NCBI GenBank assembly: GCA_964411695.1
Contig: CAYPLT010000001.1
Location: forward strand, 1-25,319
Length of the DNA: 25,319 nucleotides
Reading direction: 5' to 3'
Source: an uncultured Candidatus Soleaferrea sp.
GTDB lineage: Bacteria; Bacillota; Clostridia; Oscillospirales; Ruminococcaceae
Shown: positions 1 to 8,129 of the stretch, one piece after another
Position numbering within the stretch: position 1 is the first letter of the stretch
How the letters are laid out: every line of letters starts with the position of its first letter
Position numbers and translations under genes: made by a program
Notes under the pieces: generated by a model
Database searches by the model: none
What the model was told of the DNA's origin: nothing
What the model saw: only the letters and a program-made list of their open reading frames with translations

Positions 1-15
1 ACTCATATTAACTAA

Positions 16-114
16 TTAATACACTAACACTATTACAAGCTGAATAATTAATAAAAATATGAAATGCTTTATTCCATACATAATTAACACTGGGTGCATT
101 TTAATTTTATTCAT
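16..114 (-). CDS. Possible short hydrophobic ORF (32 aa, MNKIKMHPVLIMYGIKHFIFLLIIQLVIVLVY); may be a truncated membrane-protein N-terminus
   Basis: ATG at 114 (minus strand) with AAAGGA upstream; one hydrophobic stretch; stop at 16-18. Manual translation. Confidence 0.3.
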   Translation of the reverse strand: MNKIKMHPVLIMYGIKHFIFLLIIQLVIVLVY

Positions 115-154
115 GATTTTAATAAAATCCTTTATTTAATCTATTTAATTTAGT

Positions 155-171
155 TTATTTAAAGTACATGT
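155..171. repeat. 17-bp direct repeat TTATTTAAAGTACATGT, copy 1
   Basis: Identical to 786-802, the last codons and stop of the methyltransferase gene. Confidence 0.9.
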
Positions 172-207
172 CAAATTACGCAATTTTATTACTATCTGTA
201 ATGATAT

Positions 208-768
208 TCATAATTTATCATAAAAGTTTTTTATATGTTTCCACGCTTTTTTTGACAAACAAGTCACATGTTCAGTTTTAAAAACTCCATTCAAAGCACA
301 CGGAACATTTTCTGCTGTATGGTGGTACTGAAAACCACACTTTTCTTGAACTCGTTTTGACTTTTCATTTCCGACGAAATATCCACTCCACATTTTTTCA
401 AGACCCAGTTCATCAAAGCTATATCGTATTATTTCACGAACCGCCTCTGGAATAAGACCTTGCCCCCAATACGGTACACCAATCCAATATCCAATTTCAC
501 CTTCTGTATCTGAAATACCAATATTACTTGCTTTACCAATCATCAATCCAATACTTCCAACTGGATGTCCAGTCTCTTTTAGAACAACAGCATATGTTTC
601 TGGTGCCGAAAGCACATTCTTGATTATTGCTCGACTATCTTCTACACTTGTATGAACTGGCCATCCTGCTGTTGGCCCAACATCAGGATTGCTGGCATAC
701 TTATAGAGATCTTCTGCATCTGATTCTTCCCATGGTCTAAGAATTAAGCGTCTCGTCTCAAATATCAT
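208..768 (-). CDS. GNAT family N-acetyltransferase (RimJ/RimL-like)
   Basis: ETRRLILRPW N-terminus, EIGYWIGVPYWGQG acetyl-CoA motif, N-x-x-S-x-RV-x-EKCGF motif; GAGG RBS. Confidence 0.9.
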   Translation of the reverse strand: MIFETRRLILRPWEESDAEDLYKYASNPDVGPTAGWPVHTSVEDSRAIIKNVLSAPETYAVVLKETGHPVGSIGLMIGKASNIGISDTEGEIGYWIGVPYWGQGLIPEAVREIIRYSFDELGLEKMWSGYFVGNEKSKRVQEKCGFQYHHTAENVPCALNGVFKTEHVTCLSKKAWKHIKNFYDKL

Positions 769-785
769 AACATTTTCCTCATTAA

Positions 786-802
786 TTATTTAAAGTACAT
801 GT
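786..802. repeat. 17-bp direct repeat TTATTTAAAGTACATGT, copy 2 (3' end of methyltransferase CDS)
   Basis: Identical to 155-171. Confidence 0.9.
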
Positions 803-1907
803 AAAGTTGACATTTAATCATACCGTTATATAATTTTCTTCTTTTGTCTGCCTTGGCGCCATAAATTTTTTCAAATTCTTCATCAGGTGAAATTATATAA
901 CAGTTATTTTTAATTTTGCTACCTAAAAATTTCTGCCCCATAATTTTATATATTTTTCTAGCTTCTTTAACTTCAAGTAATCTTTCTCCATACGGTGGGT
1001 TTGATAAAATAATTGCATTTTCATCAATCAAATTAAAATTTTTAATATCTTGACAGCTAAATTTTATCTTTGAAGCTACTCCCGCCTTAGTAGCATTATA
1101 TTTTGCAACTTCTATGGCTTTTGGGTCTATGTCATAGCCATATGCTTCAAACTCTACATCTTTATTGATTTTTGCTATGGCCCTTTGACGCCCTTTATTC
1201 CACTCTGCCTTCGGTATTATGCTCCAATTTTCTGAACTAAACTTCCTATAAAGCCCAGGTGCAATTCTCAGCGCATACAATGCTGACTCAATTAATAAAG
1301 TTCCTGAACCGCAACAAGGGTCATAAACATGACTTTTAGATGAAACTCTGGCCAGATTTACCATGCCTGCGGCTAATGTTTCTTTAATTGGTGCAATAAC
1401 TGAATTTTTTCTATACCCACGTTTGTGTAAGCCTTCACCAGAAGTGTCTAACATTATTAAAACATTATTTTTTTGAATAGAAAACTGTATTTGATATAGA
1501 GCGTCTGATTCTTCAAACCAATTGATTTTATATTTTTGTTTTAGACGTTCCACTACAGCTTTTTTTATAATAGATTGACAAGCTGATTCACTTTTTAAAA
1601 CAGAATTTAAAGAACATCCTTTAACCGGGAATTTATCTTTTTTGTTAATAAAATCTTCCCAGTTAATTGCCAAAGTGCTTTGATATAAATCTTCAAATGT
1701 TTTGGCCTCAAATTCATTTAGTACTATAAGTACTCTTTCTGCGGTTCTAAGATTTATATTGGCATCTATTAACGTCTCAAAAGAACCTTCAAAAAAAACT
1801 TTGCCATCTGTCGCAGTTATATTTTTAGCATCAATATATTTAAGTTCTTTGGCAACTATGCTTTCTAGCCCAAAGATGCAAGGGCAAACCATTTTTAATC
1901 TATTCAT
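786..1907 (-). CDS. THUMP-domain class I SAM-dependent RNA methyltransferase (RlmL/YpsC-like)
   Basis: LDTSGEGLHKRGYR, APIKETLAA, DPCCGSGT SAM-binding motif, NPPYGERL, RRKLYNG. Confidence 0.92.
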   Translation of the reverse strand: MNRLKMVCPCIFGLESIVAKELKYIDAKNITATDGKVFFEGSFETLIDANINLRTAERVLIVLNEFEAKTFEDLYQSTLAINWEDFINKKDKFPVKGCSLNSVLKSESACQSIIKKAVVERLKQKYKINWFEESDALYQIQFSIQKNNVLIMLDTSGEGLHKRGYRKNSVIAPIKETLAAGMVNLARVSSKSHVYDPCCGSGTLLIESALYALRIAPGLYRKFSSENWSIIPKAEWNKGRQRAIAKINKDVEFEAYGYDIDPKAIEVAKYNATKAGVASKIKFSCQDIKNFNLIDENAIILSNPPYGERLLEVKEARKIYKIMGQKFLGSKIKNNCYIISPDEEFEKIYGAKADKRRKLYNGMIKCQLYMYFK

Positions 1908-1930
1908 ACTTTAAAATCCTTTTTTCTTTA

Positions 1931-2000
1931 TTTTATTTTTTAAAATTGTTGTGGCAACAGTCACATAATAAATTTTAACAGCCACTTTTACATTTTAAAG
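1931..2000. repeat. Degenerate tandem copy of the comF 3' end
   Basis: TAAAATTGTTGTGGCAACAGT (1941-1961) versus TAAAATTGTTGCGGCAACAGT (2015-2035); weaker similarity extends on both sides; period about 74 nt. Confidence 0.75.
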
Positions 2001-2005
2001 TTTTT

Positions 2006-2737
2006 TTATTTTTTTAAAATTGTTGCGGCAACAGTTGCACAATAAACATTAGAAGCTCCTCCTGATTTTAAAACTTTGGATGCTTCATTTAATGTATACC
2101 CAGTTGTTATAATATCATCTATTGTCAATATGTTTTTATTATTAACATTTTGATTAGCAAGGGTATATATGCCTTTAACATTAATTTCTCTTAACTTATA
2201 TGTTAAATTATGTTGTGCCTTATTATTTACAGTTTTTACCAAAAGTGTTTTACATGGTATTTTTAAAATTTTAGCAACTTCTTCTGCCAACAATTTAGAA
2301 TGATTGTACTCTCGTTTATATTCTGCTTTTTTATACATAGGAATATATGTTATATAATCAAAGTGTATGTTGTTATAGCAGCTTTTTATTATCTCAGATA
2401 CATAACTTGACAACAATATGTAATTTGATTTATTCTTGTAAAATTTAAAATTGCAGATAGCTGTTGACATTGGTATAGAATAATAAAACGCAGAAATACA
2501 GTCAGCAAAATCAAATTTTCTTTCTATGCCATCTTTTAAATTTCTTACGCTTAAAAATGCCAAATCTTTATCTATAAATGGCAAAACTGAATAACAAGCT
2601 TTGCATGTGTAATTGTTATATTTATTATTTTCTTCAAGAGTACAGCTACAAAATATGCATTTTAGTGGGTAAACCAGATTCAACAAACAGTTAAATATTC
2701 TTTTGAAATCCATATAGTTAATTACCGCCATCATCAA
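2006..2737 (-). CDS. ComF family protein (amidophosphoribosyltransferase-like)
   Basis: N-terminal YPLKCIFC...CKAC zinc ribbon, R-x-YN-x-S motif, PRPP-binding loop ILTIDDIITTGYT. Confidence 0.9.
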   Translation of the reverse strand: MMMAVINYMDFKRIFNCLLNLVYPLKCIFCSCTLEENNKYNNYTCKACYSVLPFIDKDLAFLSVRNLKDGIERKFDFADCISAFYYSIPMSTAICNFKFYKNKSNYILLSSYVSEIIKSCYNNIHFDYITYIPMYKKAEYKREYNHSKLLAEEVAKILKIPCKTLLVKTVNNKAQHNLTYKLREINVKGIYTLANQNVNNKNILTIDDIITTGYTLNEASKVLKSGGASNVYCATVAATILKK

Positions 2738-2851
2738 TTATTATATATAGTATAGCATATTTTTTAAAAAATGTGTAGAGAAAAATTGATGTTAATTAAA
2801 AATTATTGATGTTCAGACACACTTATTAAATTATTTATGTAAATTATATAT

Positions 2852-2880
2852 TTGCAATTTTTTAAAAAATAAGTTAAAAT
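2852..2880 (+). promoter_or_regulatory. Putative sigmaA promoter of the alpha/beta hydrolase
   Basis: TTGCAA-17 nt-TAAAAT. Confidence 0.55.
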
Positions 2881-2887
2881 AAAATAA

Positions 2888-2904
2888 TGTCGAGAATTGT
2901 CGAC
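2888..2904 (+). promoter_or_regulatory. Tandem Spo0A-box-like motif TGTCGAGAATTGTCGAC
   Basis: Two TGTCGA hexamers at 10-bp period just downstream of the -10; each has one mismatch to TGNCGAA. Confidence 0.4.
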
Positions 2905-3012
2905 TAGTCATTTCAAAAATTAATACCTTAAATTAATTTATTATATACGTCACTTGTTATAGGTACCATTTTTTATAACGTACAAACAATAAATACACGA
3001 AGGAGAATTCAA

Positions 3013-4032
3013 ATGGTCGAACAAAATAAAAAATTACAAAAAATAAAAATATCACATAAACTACTAATTGTAGGATCAATATTAATAATAATTTGCATGG
3101 CTATAGCTTTATTAATTGGAAATTATTTTGTAAATTATGCATTATTAAGAACTGGAAATGGTGGAGATAGAAAAGTTAAAGGCTCTGAATTACTTTCAGT
3201 TGTGAATATTGAAAACTCAGATAAAATTATTATTGAAGAAAATAAAAATAAAGAAAATCAACTAGTAAATGAATGGGTTAACAATATAAATAATAAAAAA
3301 TTAATGGTAACTGCACCAGACGGTATTATTTTAAGAGGAACAGAATATATTACAGATGAAAAAGAGAATAAATGGGCAATAATATTACATGGTTACCGTT
3401 CTAACCCCGATTCTGTTATATCTATAGGCCGGCATTTTTCAGAAAACGGATATAATGTATTAATTCCAAGCATGCGAGCATCTAATGAAAGTGATGGAAA
3501 ATACATTGGGATGGGTTGGCTAGACAAAGAAGATTTAAAATGCTGGCTAAGTTTAGTTATTCAACAAAATAATAATGCTAAAATCATATTACATGGTTCT
3601 TCTATGGGCGCGGCAACAGTTTTAATGGCATCTGGAGATGATTTACCAAAAAACGTAAAAGCAATAATAGAAGATAGTGGGTACACTTCTGCTTGGGATA
3701 TTTTTGCATCTGAAGCAAAAGTAAGATTTAATTTACCAGCATTCCCATTATTGAATATGTTTGAATTTGTTGCTAACGTTCGAGCAAAATATGATATAAA
3801 AGAGGCTTCTGCATTAGAACAAGTAAAAAAATCAAATATTCCAATCTTATTTATTCACGGTGATGCTGACGATTTTGTACCAGAATATATGTGCGAAGAG
3901 TTATTTAAAGCTGCAAATTGCAAAAAAGAAAAACTCATAATAAAACATGCAGGGCATATAGAATCTAAATTTCAAGACCCTGAGATGTATTACAATAAAA
4001 TTTTTTCATTTATAGAGGATATAAATTTCTAA
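3013..4032 (+). CDS. Membrane-anchored alpha/beta hydrolase
   Basis: N-terminal transmembrane segment, ILHGY, nucleophile elbow HGSSMGA, FIHGDADDFVP, catalytic His in AGH; AAGGAG RBS. Confidence 0.9.
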   Translation: MVEQNKKLQKIKISHKLLIVGSILIIICMAIALLIGNYFVNYALLRTGNGGDRKVKGSELLSVVNIENSDKIIIEENKNKENQLVNEWVNNINNKKLMVTAPDGIILRGTEYITDEKENKWAIILHGYRSNPDSVISIGRHFSENGYNVLIPSMRASNESDGKYIGMGWLDKEDLKCWLSLVIQQNNNAKIILHGSSMGAATVLMASGDDLPKNVKAIIEDSGYTSAWDIFASEAKVRFNLPAFPLLNMFEFVANVRAKYDIKEASALEQVKKSNIPILFIHGDADDFVPEYMCEELFKAANCKKEKLIIKHAGHIESKFQDPEMYYNKIFSFIEDINF

Positions 4033-4113
4033 ATTAATATTTTGATATAAAAAATCTTGAAATTTTTTCATCTAAAATATCAGTAAAAAATATTTTCTGG
4101 CTAATTAATTTAT

Positions 4114-4142
4114 TTGACAAAAATATGATTTTAGTATATCAT
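4114..4142 (+). promoter_or_regulatory. Putative sigmaA promoter of ybaB-recR
   Basis: TTGACA-17 nt-TATCAT. Confidence 0.65.
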
Positions 4143-4200
4143 ATAAGTATTAGTTTATAAACAAATTAATAATAATCTAAATTTAATAGGAGATGAAACA

Positions 4201-4539
4201 ATGAAAGCTAAACTACCAAATTTCGGAAATAACTCTATGAGTAGTATGCTAAAACAAGCACAAAAAATGCAAGCTCAAATGTCTCAAATTCAACAAGAAT
4301 TAAGCAATGAAGAATTTACAGGAACTGCAGGTGGTGGCGCTGTTACTGTTACAATTACAGGTAGCAAAATTGTTAAATCAGTTAACCTTGCGCCTGAAGT
4401 AGTGTGCCCTGAGGAAATTGAAATGCTACAAGATTTAATTGTAGCAGCGTTTAATCAAGCTATAGAAACATCTGAAGCTGAATCTAACAAAAGAATTGGT
4501 GCAGTAACCGGTGGACTATCTATTCCCGGGCTAATATAA
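4201..4539 (+). CDS. ybaB: YbaB/EbfC family nucleoid-associated protein
   Basis: MLKQAQKMQ, AGGGAVTV, EMLQDLIVAAFNQA; canonical position upstream of recR. Confidence 0.95.
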   Translation: MKAKLPNFGNNSMSSMLKQAQKMQAQMSQIQQELSNEEFTGTAGGGAVTVTITGSKIVKSVNLAPEVVCPEEIEMLQDLIVAAFNQAIETSEAESNKRIGAVTGGLSIPGLI

Positions 4540-4570
4540 TAATATCGATATAATACAAGGTGTTATATAA

Positions 4571-5170
4571 ATGAGCTATAATATTATTCCCCTTGATAAT
4601 TTAATCGACCAGTTTGCGAAAATACCCGGTGTAGGGAGGAAATCAGCCCAACGCATGGCATTTTACATTTTAAACTTACCATTAGATGATGCTAGAATGT
4701 TTTCTGAATCAATTCTTAATGCTAAAAAACAAATTATAAAATGTAAAATCTGCCAAAATATTTCTGAGACTGAAGAATGTTCAATTTGCACAAATGAAAA
4801 TAGAAACAAATCAACAATTTGTGTTGTTCAAGACCCGAAAGATCTCTTAGCATTTGAAAGAATAGGCGAATATAATGGGGTGTACCATGTTTTACACGGG
4901 TTAATTTCACCAATGGATGGCATTGCACCTGATGATTTAACTATTAAAGAGTTGCTTTCTCGGTTAACTGATGACTCTGTACAAGAAGTAATTATGGCTA
5001 CAAACCCTACAATTGAAGGTGAAGCAACTGCTATGTATTTAGCTAAATTAATTAAGCCACTTAATATTAAAGTTACTAGGCTTGCTTATGGAATACCAGT
5101 TGGTGGGAATTTAGAATATGCTGACGATTTAACTTTAAATAGAGCTTTAGAAGGCAGATGTGAAATTTAG
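4571..5170 (+). CDS. recR: Recombination mediator RecR
   Basis: IPGVGRKSAQR HhH, C4 zinc finger, YHVLHGLISP, ATNPTIEGEATA Toprim, GIPVGGNLEYAD. Confidence 0.98.
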   Translation: MSYNIIPLDNLIDQFAKIPGVGRKSAQRMAFYILNLPLDDARMFSESILNAKKQIIKCKICQNISETEECSICTNENRNKSTICVVQDPKDLLAFERIGEYNGVYHVLHGLISPMDGIAPDDLTIKELLSRLTDDSVQEVIMATNPTIEGEATAMYLAKLIKPLNIKVTRLAYGIPVGGNLEYADDLTLNRALEGRCEI

Positions 5171-5182
5171 TTATTAAAAAAT

Positions 5183-5221
5183 AAAAAATCCTCTTATTTA
5201 TAAAAATAAGAGGATTTTTTT
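5183..5221 (+). terminator. Intrinsic terminator after recR
   Basis: AAAAAATCCTCTTATTT / AAATAAGAGGATTTTTT perfect inverted repeat with T-run. Confidence 0.85.
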
Positions 5222-5287
5222 GAAGTAACAACATATAATATATTTATACTTCAAAATTAAAAAATAAAAATTTTTATTCTCTATATA

Positions 5288-5316
5288 TTGCTTTAATAAA
5301 TTTATTGATATATAAT
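5288..5316 (+). promoter_or_regulatory. Putative sigmaA promoter of smpB-ssrA
   Basis: TTGCTT-17 nt-TATAAT. Confidence 0.6.
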
Positions 5317-5375
5317 ATTAATATACAGTATTGTTTTATTAGTTTATATTTTTTATTTTGGAGGTTACTGTTTTA

Positions 5376-5837
5376 ATGAAAAATTCAAAATTTTTGAATG
5401 TAGCTCAAAATAAAAAAGCTTTTCATGATTATTTTATTGAAGAAACTTTTGAAGCCGGCATAGAGCTTTATGGAACAGAAGTAAAAAGCATCAGACAATC
5501 TGCTGTAAGCATTAAAGAAAGCTGGTGTAACATAAAAAATGGTGAATTATTTATATTAGGAATGAATATTTCACCTTATGAAAAAGGCAATATATTTAAC
5601 AAAGACCCGATGCGAGTAAGAAAATTATTAATGCACAAAAAAGAAATTTGTAAACTATTAGAATCAATTAAAAAAGACGGATATACATTGATTCCATTAA
5701 GAATTTATTTTAAAAACAGTCGAGTGAAAATTGAGCTTGGTCTTTGTAAAGGTAAAAAACTTTATGACAAAAGAGAAGTTATTGCTCAAAAAGATGCTAA
5801 AAGAAAAATTGAACATGCTGTAAAAAATAAATATTAA
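5376..5837 (+). CDS. smpB: SsrA-binding protein SmpB
   Basis: NKKAFHDY, EAGIELYGTEVKSIR, RKLLMHKKEI, GKKLYDKRE. Start set at ATG 5376 because GGAGGT RBS lies at 5360-5365. Confidence 0.98.
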   Translation: MKNSKFLNVAQNKKAFHDYFIEETFEAGIELYGTEVKSIRQSAVSIKESWCNIKNGELFILGMNISPYEKGNIFNKDPMRVRKLLMHKKEICKLLESIKKDGYTLIPLRIYFKNSRVKIELGLCKGKKLYDKREVIAQKDAKRKIEHAVKNKY

Positions 5838-5840
5838 TAA

Positions 5841-6197
5841 GGGGACGTAATGGGTTCGACGGGGATTTTGAATTATGAGTAGCGAGTAGAGTTTTCAGAA
5901 ACCTCTTTTATAAAATTCTGAATTTTAATAAATTTAAATGCAGATAATAATTTAAATTTAGCTGCTGCTTAAAGCAACAGCCGTCTAACTTAATTTACCA
6001 CGAGTTAAGATTTAGGCGTCGTGTAGTGGTCAACCAATTTAAATTTTAGCCTCTGATTTAAATTGTGTAATTTGAGGTTTAGTTTAATTAATTTTTGATT
6101 ATTATGTTAATTAAACGAAGTTTAAAATAATCTGCGCTCGGAGAAGCTTGTAAGAATAAATTTTCGGACAGGGGTTCAATTCCCCTCGTCTCCACCA
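5841..6197 (+). ncRNA. ssrA: tmRNA; tag peptide ADNNLNLAAA* at 5940-5972
   Basis: 5' GGGGACG pairs with 3' CGTCTCC-ACCA including the G3:U alanine identity pair; GGTTCGACGGG near the 5' end; T-arm GGGGTTCAATTCCCC; tag ORF ending AAA*; directly after smpB. Confidence 0.97.
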
Positions 6198-6296
6198 ACT
6201 AAGAAGGCATGACAGCCAAATACCGAAGAAGCAAGTGATAGACTGTTTTCTTGCATTTGAACCAGATTTTCAACTTTGACTGTCTTTCTTTTGCAG

Positions 6297-6334
6297 AAAA
6301 ATACCTATAGATTTATAAATCTATAGGTATTTTT
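6297..6334. terminator. Bidirectional intrinsic terminator between ssrA and the LytTR regulator
   Basis: 38-bp perfect palindrome AAAAATACCTATAGATTTATAAATCTATAGGTATTTTT. Confidence 0.85.
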
Positions 6335-7047
6335 TAATGATTATTATCATATGCTGTCAAGGCATCTCTTAGAGGTTTAACTTTACTTCTAGTTACCAAA
6401 AGTTGCTGATCTTCTATTTCAACTGTTCTACAATCAACTTTTTTAACATAAGATAAGTTAATTAAATAACTGTTATTGCATCTAAAAAAACCTTTATTTT
6501 TTAATTTTTCGGTTAAAATTGAGATAGGATCTAAACATTCTATATCTCCTTTTCGGGTATGAACTAAAGTTTTTCTTCTGCTGGTTTCTATGTAATATAT
6601 GTCATCTATTTTTATTTTATTATATTTTGAATATTTACCAGTTAAATCGATATAATTATCTCTTTGTCTTTCAATGTCACTAACTGCTGAAATTATATGA
6701 AATTTTAATTCTAAATAAGCAATAGGCTTTGTCAAGTATCTATAAGCTCTTACCTGATAGCCTTCTTTTATATACTTCTTTTCTGTTGTTAAAAAAATTA
6801 TTAAAGCTTGTTCGTCAAAATCTCTTATAGTACGTGCTAATTCCATTCCATTTAAATTACAAGGACCCATATTTATGTCTAAAATATAGATGTCATAATC
6901 CGGTTTTTGTGCTCCTAATAACTGTTCACCATTCACAAAAAAATCTACACTTAAATCAAGATTCTCTTCTTTTACTAATTGTTCGAAAGAATTTTTCAGT
7001 GAATCTCTTATAGCTGGGTTGTCTTCACAAGATGCTATTCTTACCAT
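6334..7047 (-). CDS. LytTR/AgrA-family response regulator
   Basis: Receiver domain (CED, DIYILDINM phospho-Asp, NGMELA, IIFLT, YLTKP) plus LytTR domain (IYYIE, FFRCNNSYLINL). Start set at ATG 7047 from the AAGGAG RBS. Confidence 0.9.
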   Translation of the reverse strand: MVRIASCEDNPAIRDSLKNSFEQLVKEENLDLSVDFFVNGEQLLGAQKPDYDIYILDINMGPCNLNGMELARTIRDFDEQALIIFLTTEKKYIKEGYQVRAYRYLTKPIAYLELKFHIISAVSDIERQRDNYIDLTGKYSKYNKIKIDDIYYIETSRRKTLVHTRKGDIECLDPISILTEKLKNKGFFRCNNSYLINLSYVKKVDCRTVEIEDQQLLVTRSKVKPLRDALTAYDNNH

Positions 7048-7291
7048 ATAATTTCTAATTCTCCTTTCAATAAATATTTTCATTTAATTTTTTATAATAT
7101 CATCTAGATTTGTCAATACCATATAGATTCATCCACTATTAAGTTTTGATAATTTACATTGTAATAAAATATTTGAAAACTACATTTTAAAAGCATTCAA
7201 AAATGGCTATAAAGCTCTGATTAAAAAATTCAAACCAATATTCATTTGTGTATTGATAAAACCACAAATTAAATAAACATCACGCCAACAA

Positions 7292-8017
7292 TTATAGATA
7301 CAAACGTTTAGTGTTGCGCCGACCAATTATATCTTCAAAATCTTTTATTTTATTTCTGCTAATAGTAAGATATTTGCCTCTAACTTTTGCATATCTTCCA
7401 TCAATTTCTTCAACAAAATCTAAATTGACCAAAAAACTGTTATGGCATCTATAAAAATTTCTATCTTTCAATTTGTCACTTAAGGTAGAAATAGAATCCA
7501 TGCACTCCATATCTCCTTCAACAGTATGTATAATTGTTTTTATACAATTTGTTTAAATATAATAGACATCATCTAAACTTACTTTATTATATTTAGCGTA
7601 TTTACCACATACATTTATGTACCTCTTGTTTTTTCTTTCTATGTCTTTTACGGCACAACAAAAATGAGTTTTAAACTCTGCATAAGAAACTGGTTTAGTT
7701 AAATACCTATACGCTCTAACCTTATACCCTTCTTGAATATATTTTCTTTCAGAAGTTAAAAACATAATTATAGCTTTTTCATCAAATGCTCTTATTTTAT
7801 ATGCTAATTCCATACCGTTCAAATGATCTTTACCCATATTCATATCTAATAAATATATGTCATAGTCAGGATCTTGTATACTTAATAATTCTTCGCCATT
7901 AACAAAAAAATCTACTTTCAAACTTATTGAATTTTCAGCTTTTATTTTGGCAAAAATATCGGTTAAGGAATCTCTTATGGCTAAATTATCTTCGCATGAA
8001 GCCACCCTTATCTCCAA
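7292..8017 (-). pseudogene. Second LytTR/AgrA-family response regulator with in-frame premature TAA at 7553-7555
   Basis: ORF-track pieces 7553-8026 and 7292-7510 are in the same frame: DDVYYI*TNCIKTIIHTVEGDMECMDSI versus paralog DDIYYIETSRRKTLVHTRKGDIECLDPI. Likely start TTG 8017 after AAGGAG. Confidence 0.85.
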
Positions 8018-8129
8018 TGTTATCACTCCTTAAATCAAAATCTAATGTAACAATCTAAATTTTAAATGTTTTTCAATAACTTTATGGATAAAATGGTAGA
8101 AGTTCTAATTATAGTCTTAACTTTGTAAA

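Noticed and set aside
138..171. dif/Xer site reading of the 17-bp repeat (TTATTTAAAGT resembles a XerD arm)
   Set aside because: No convincing XerC arm 6 bp upstream at either copy, and the motif is explained by the coding sequence YFK*.
6198..8129. Intact genomic island integrated at ssrA
   Set aside because: No integrase and no duplicated ssrA 3' end seen in the window.
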